Below are positions 63,464 through 64,000 of a stretch of DNA of 64,000 nt, piece by piece. The notes under the pieces were generated by a model. The model saw only the letters and a list, made by a program, of their open reading frames with translations, was not told the DNA's origin and searched no databases. The number at the start of each line of letters is the position of its first letter. Position 1 is the stretch's first letter. The stretch is taken from positions 1,006,287 through 1,070,286 of the forward strand of contig OZ244780.1 of the NCBI GenBank assembly GCA_965219565.1. The letters are read 5' to 3'. Origin of the DNA: Dehalococcoidia bacterium (GTDB lineage: Bacteria; Chloroflexota; Dehalococcoidia; Lucifugimonadales; JAGWBF01). The position numbers and the translations under genes were made by a program.

Positions 63464-64000
63464 TGCATTTAGGTGGACCCGGTCAGTTGGACAGGATCGC
63501 GGTGGAATTAGGCGAGAGTCCCGCTGCTCCTGCCAATGATACCAGCGTCTGGGCTATTGGAGACTCCTTGGCCTGAACCGCCCCCTCTTCTCCAACATCG
63601 GTCACCTGGTGGAACACCTCGGCCGGTGTCCGGTAGCCCAAGGCTTGATGAGGTCTCTGGTCGTTGTAGAACCGGAGGTAGGCGCCCAGTTCCCTCCTGG
63701 CTTCACTGGCGTTGGCGTAGGCTTTCAGGTACACCTCCTCGTACTTCACGGTACGCCACAACCGCTCCACAAAGATGTTGTCGGTGTACCGCCCCTTCCC
63801 ATCCATGCTGATCTTCACCCCTTGTTCCTGCAGCACATGGGTGAACTCCAGGCTGGTGAATTGGCTGCCTTGGTCGGTGTTGAAGACCTCCGGCTGGCCC
63901 TGCTCCAGAGCCTCCTTCAAGGCGTCGACGCAGAAGTCGGCCTCCAGGGTGTTGGACAATCGCCAGGCCACCACGTACCGACTGTGCCAGTCCATGATGG
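63464..64000 (-). mobile_element. IS3-family insertion sequence, partial (one end only)
   Basis: The transposase ORF ends at 63483. The putative terminus is TGCATTTAGGTGGACCCGG starting at 63464 (IS3 ends usually read TG...CA). This boundary is inferred, since no second end is in the window to compare. Confidence 0.6.
63483..64000 (-). CDS. IS3-family transposase (OrfB, DDE/rve integrase core), C-terminal part; continues past the right edge
   Basis: WRLSNTLEADFCVDAL...FNTDQGSQFTS...SMDGKGRYTDNIFVERLWRTVKYEEVY...YNDQRPHQALGYRTP. Confidence 0.85.
   Translation of the reverse strand, partial: IMDWHSRYVVAWRLSNTLEADFCVDALKEALEQGQPEVFNTDQGSQFTSLEFTHVLQEQGVKISMDGKGRYTDNIFVERLWRTVKYEEVYLKAYANASEARRELGAYLRFYNDQRPHQALGYRTPAEVFHQVTDVGEEGAVQAKESPIAQTLVSLAGAAGLSPNSTAILSN

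Overview
High-GC bacterial chromosomal window, densely coded on both strands. It has no rRNA and no CRISPR array, and the only clear mobile element is a partial IS3-family copy at the right edge. Housekeeping content: cobalamin amidation genes (cbiA, cobC-like, cobQ), aconitase, miaB, nadA/nadC, dtd, five tRNAs, and a long trpS-trpE-trpG-trpD-trpC operon behind a tryptophan T-box leader. The rest is a catabolic, accessory-looking repertoire: five luciferase-like (LLM) flavin/F420 oxidoreductase paralogues, two NIPSNAP genes, SDRs, an amidohydrolase, a CocE/NonD hydrolase, an alpha/beta hydrolase, VOC proteins, an MmgE/PrpD protein, and many lipoproteins with Pro/Thr-rich linkers. This mix is consistent with a marine Chloroflexota (SAR202-like) genome, but that is inference only. 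Most interesting observations: (1) a DUF3179 lipoprotein gene is interrupted by one in-frame TGA exactly where the family has the first Cys of a CxxC motif, with a small hairpin downstream, making it a candidate selenoprotein or else a pseudogene. (2) An A/T-richer islet encodes an orphan ParA-like ATPase, an unknown 177-aa partner and an upstream mini-ORF that shares an LPxxxDISNFC motif with the partner. (3) A translationally coupled pair of large unknown lipoproteins, one of which looks like a triad-less trypsin-fold protein fused to a BsuPI-like domain. (4) A modular Pro/Thr-repeat gluzincin gene is split by a frameshift at a T6 run and carries a perfect higher-order 180-bp tandem repeat. 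(5) Toxin-antitoxin cassettes sit inside the nad and trp operons. (6) A decayed substrate-binding-protein pseudogene fills an 830-bp ORF-free gap. All functional calls rest on reading motifs in the translations; no database search was possible.
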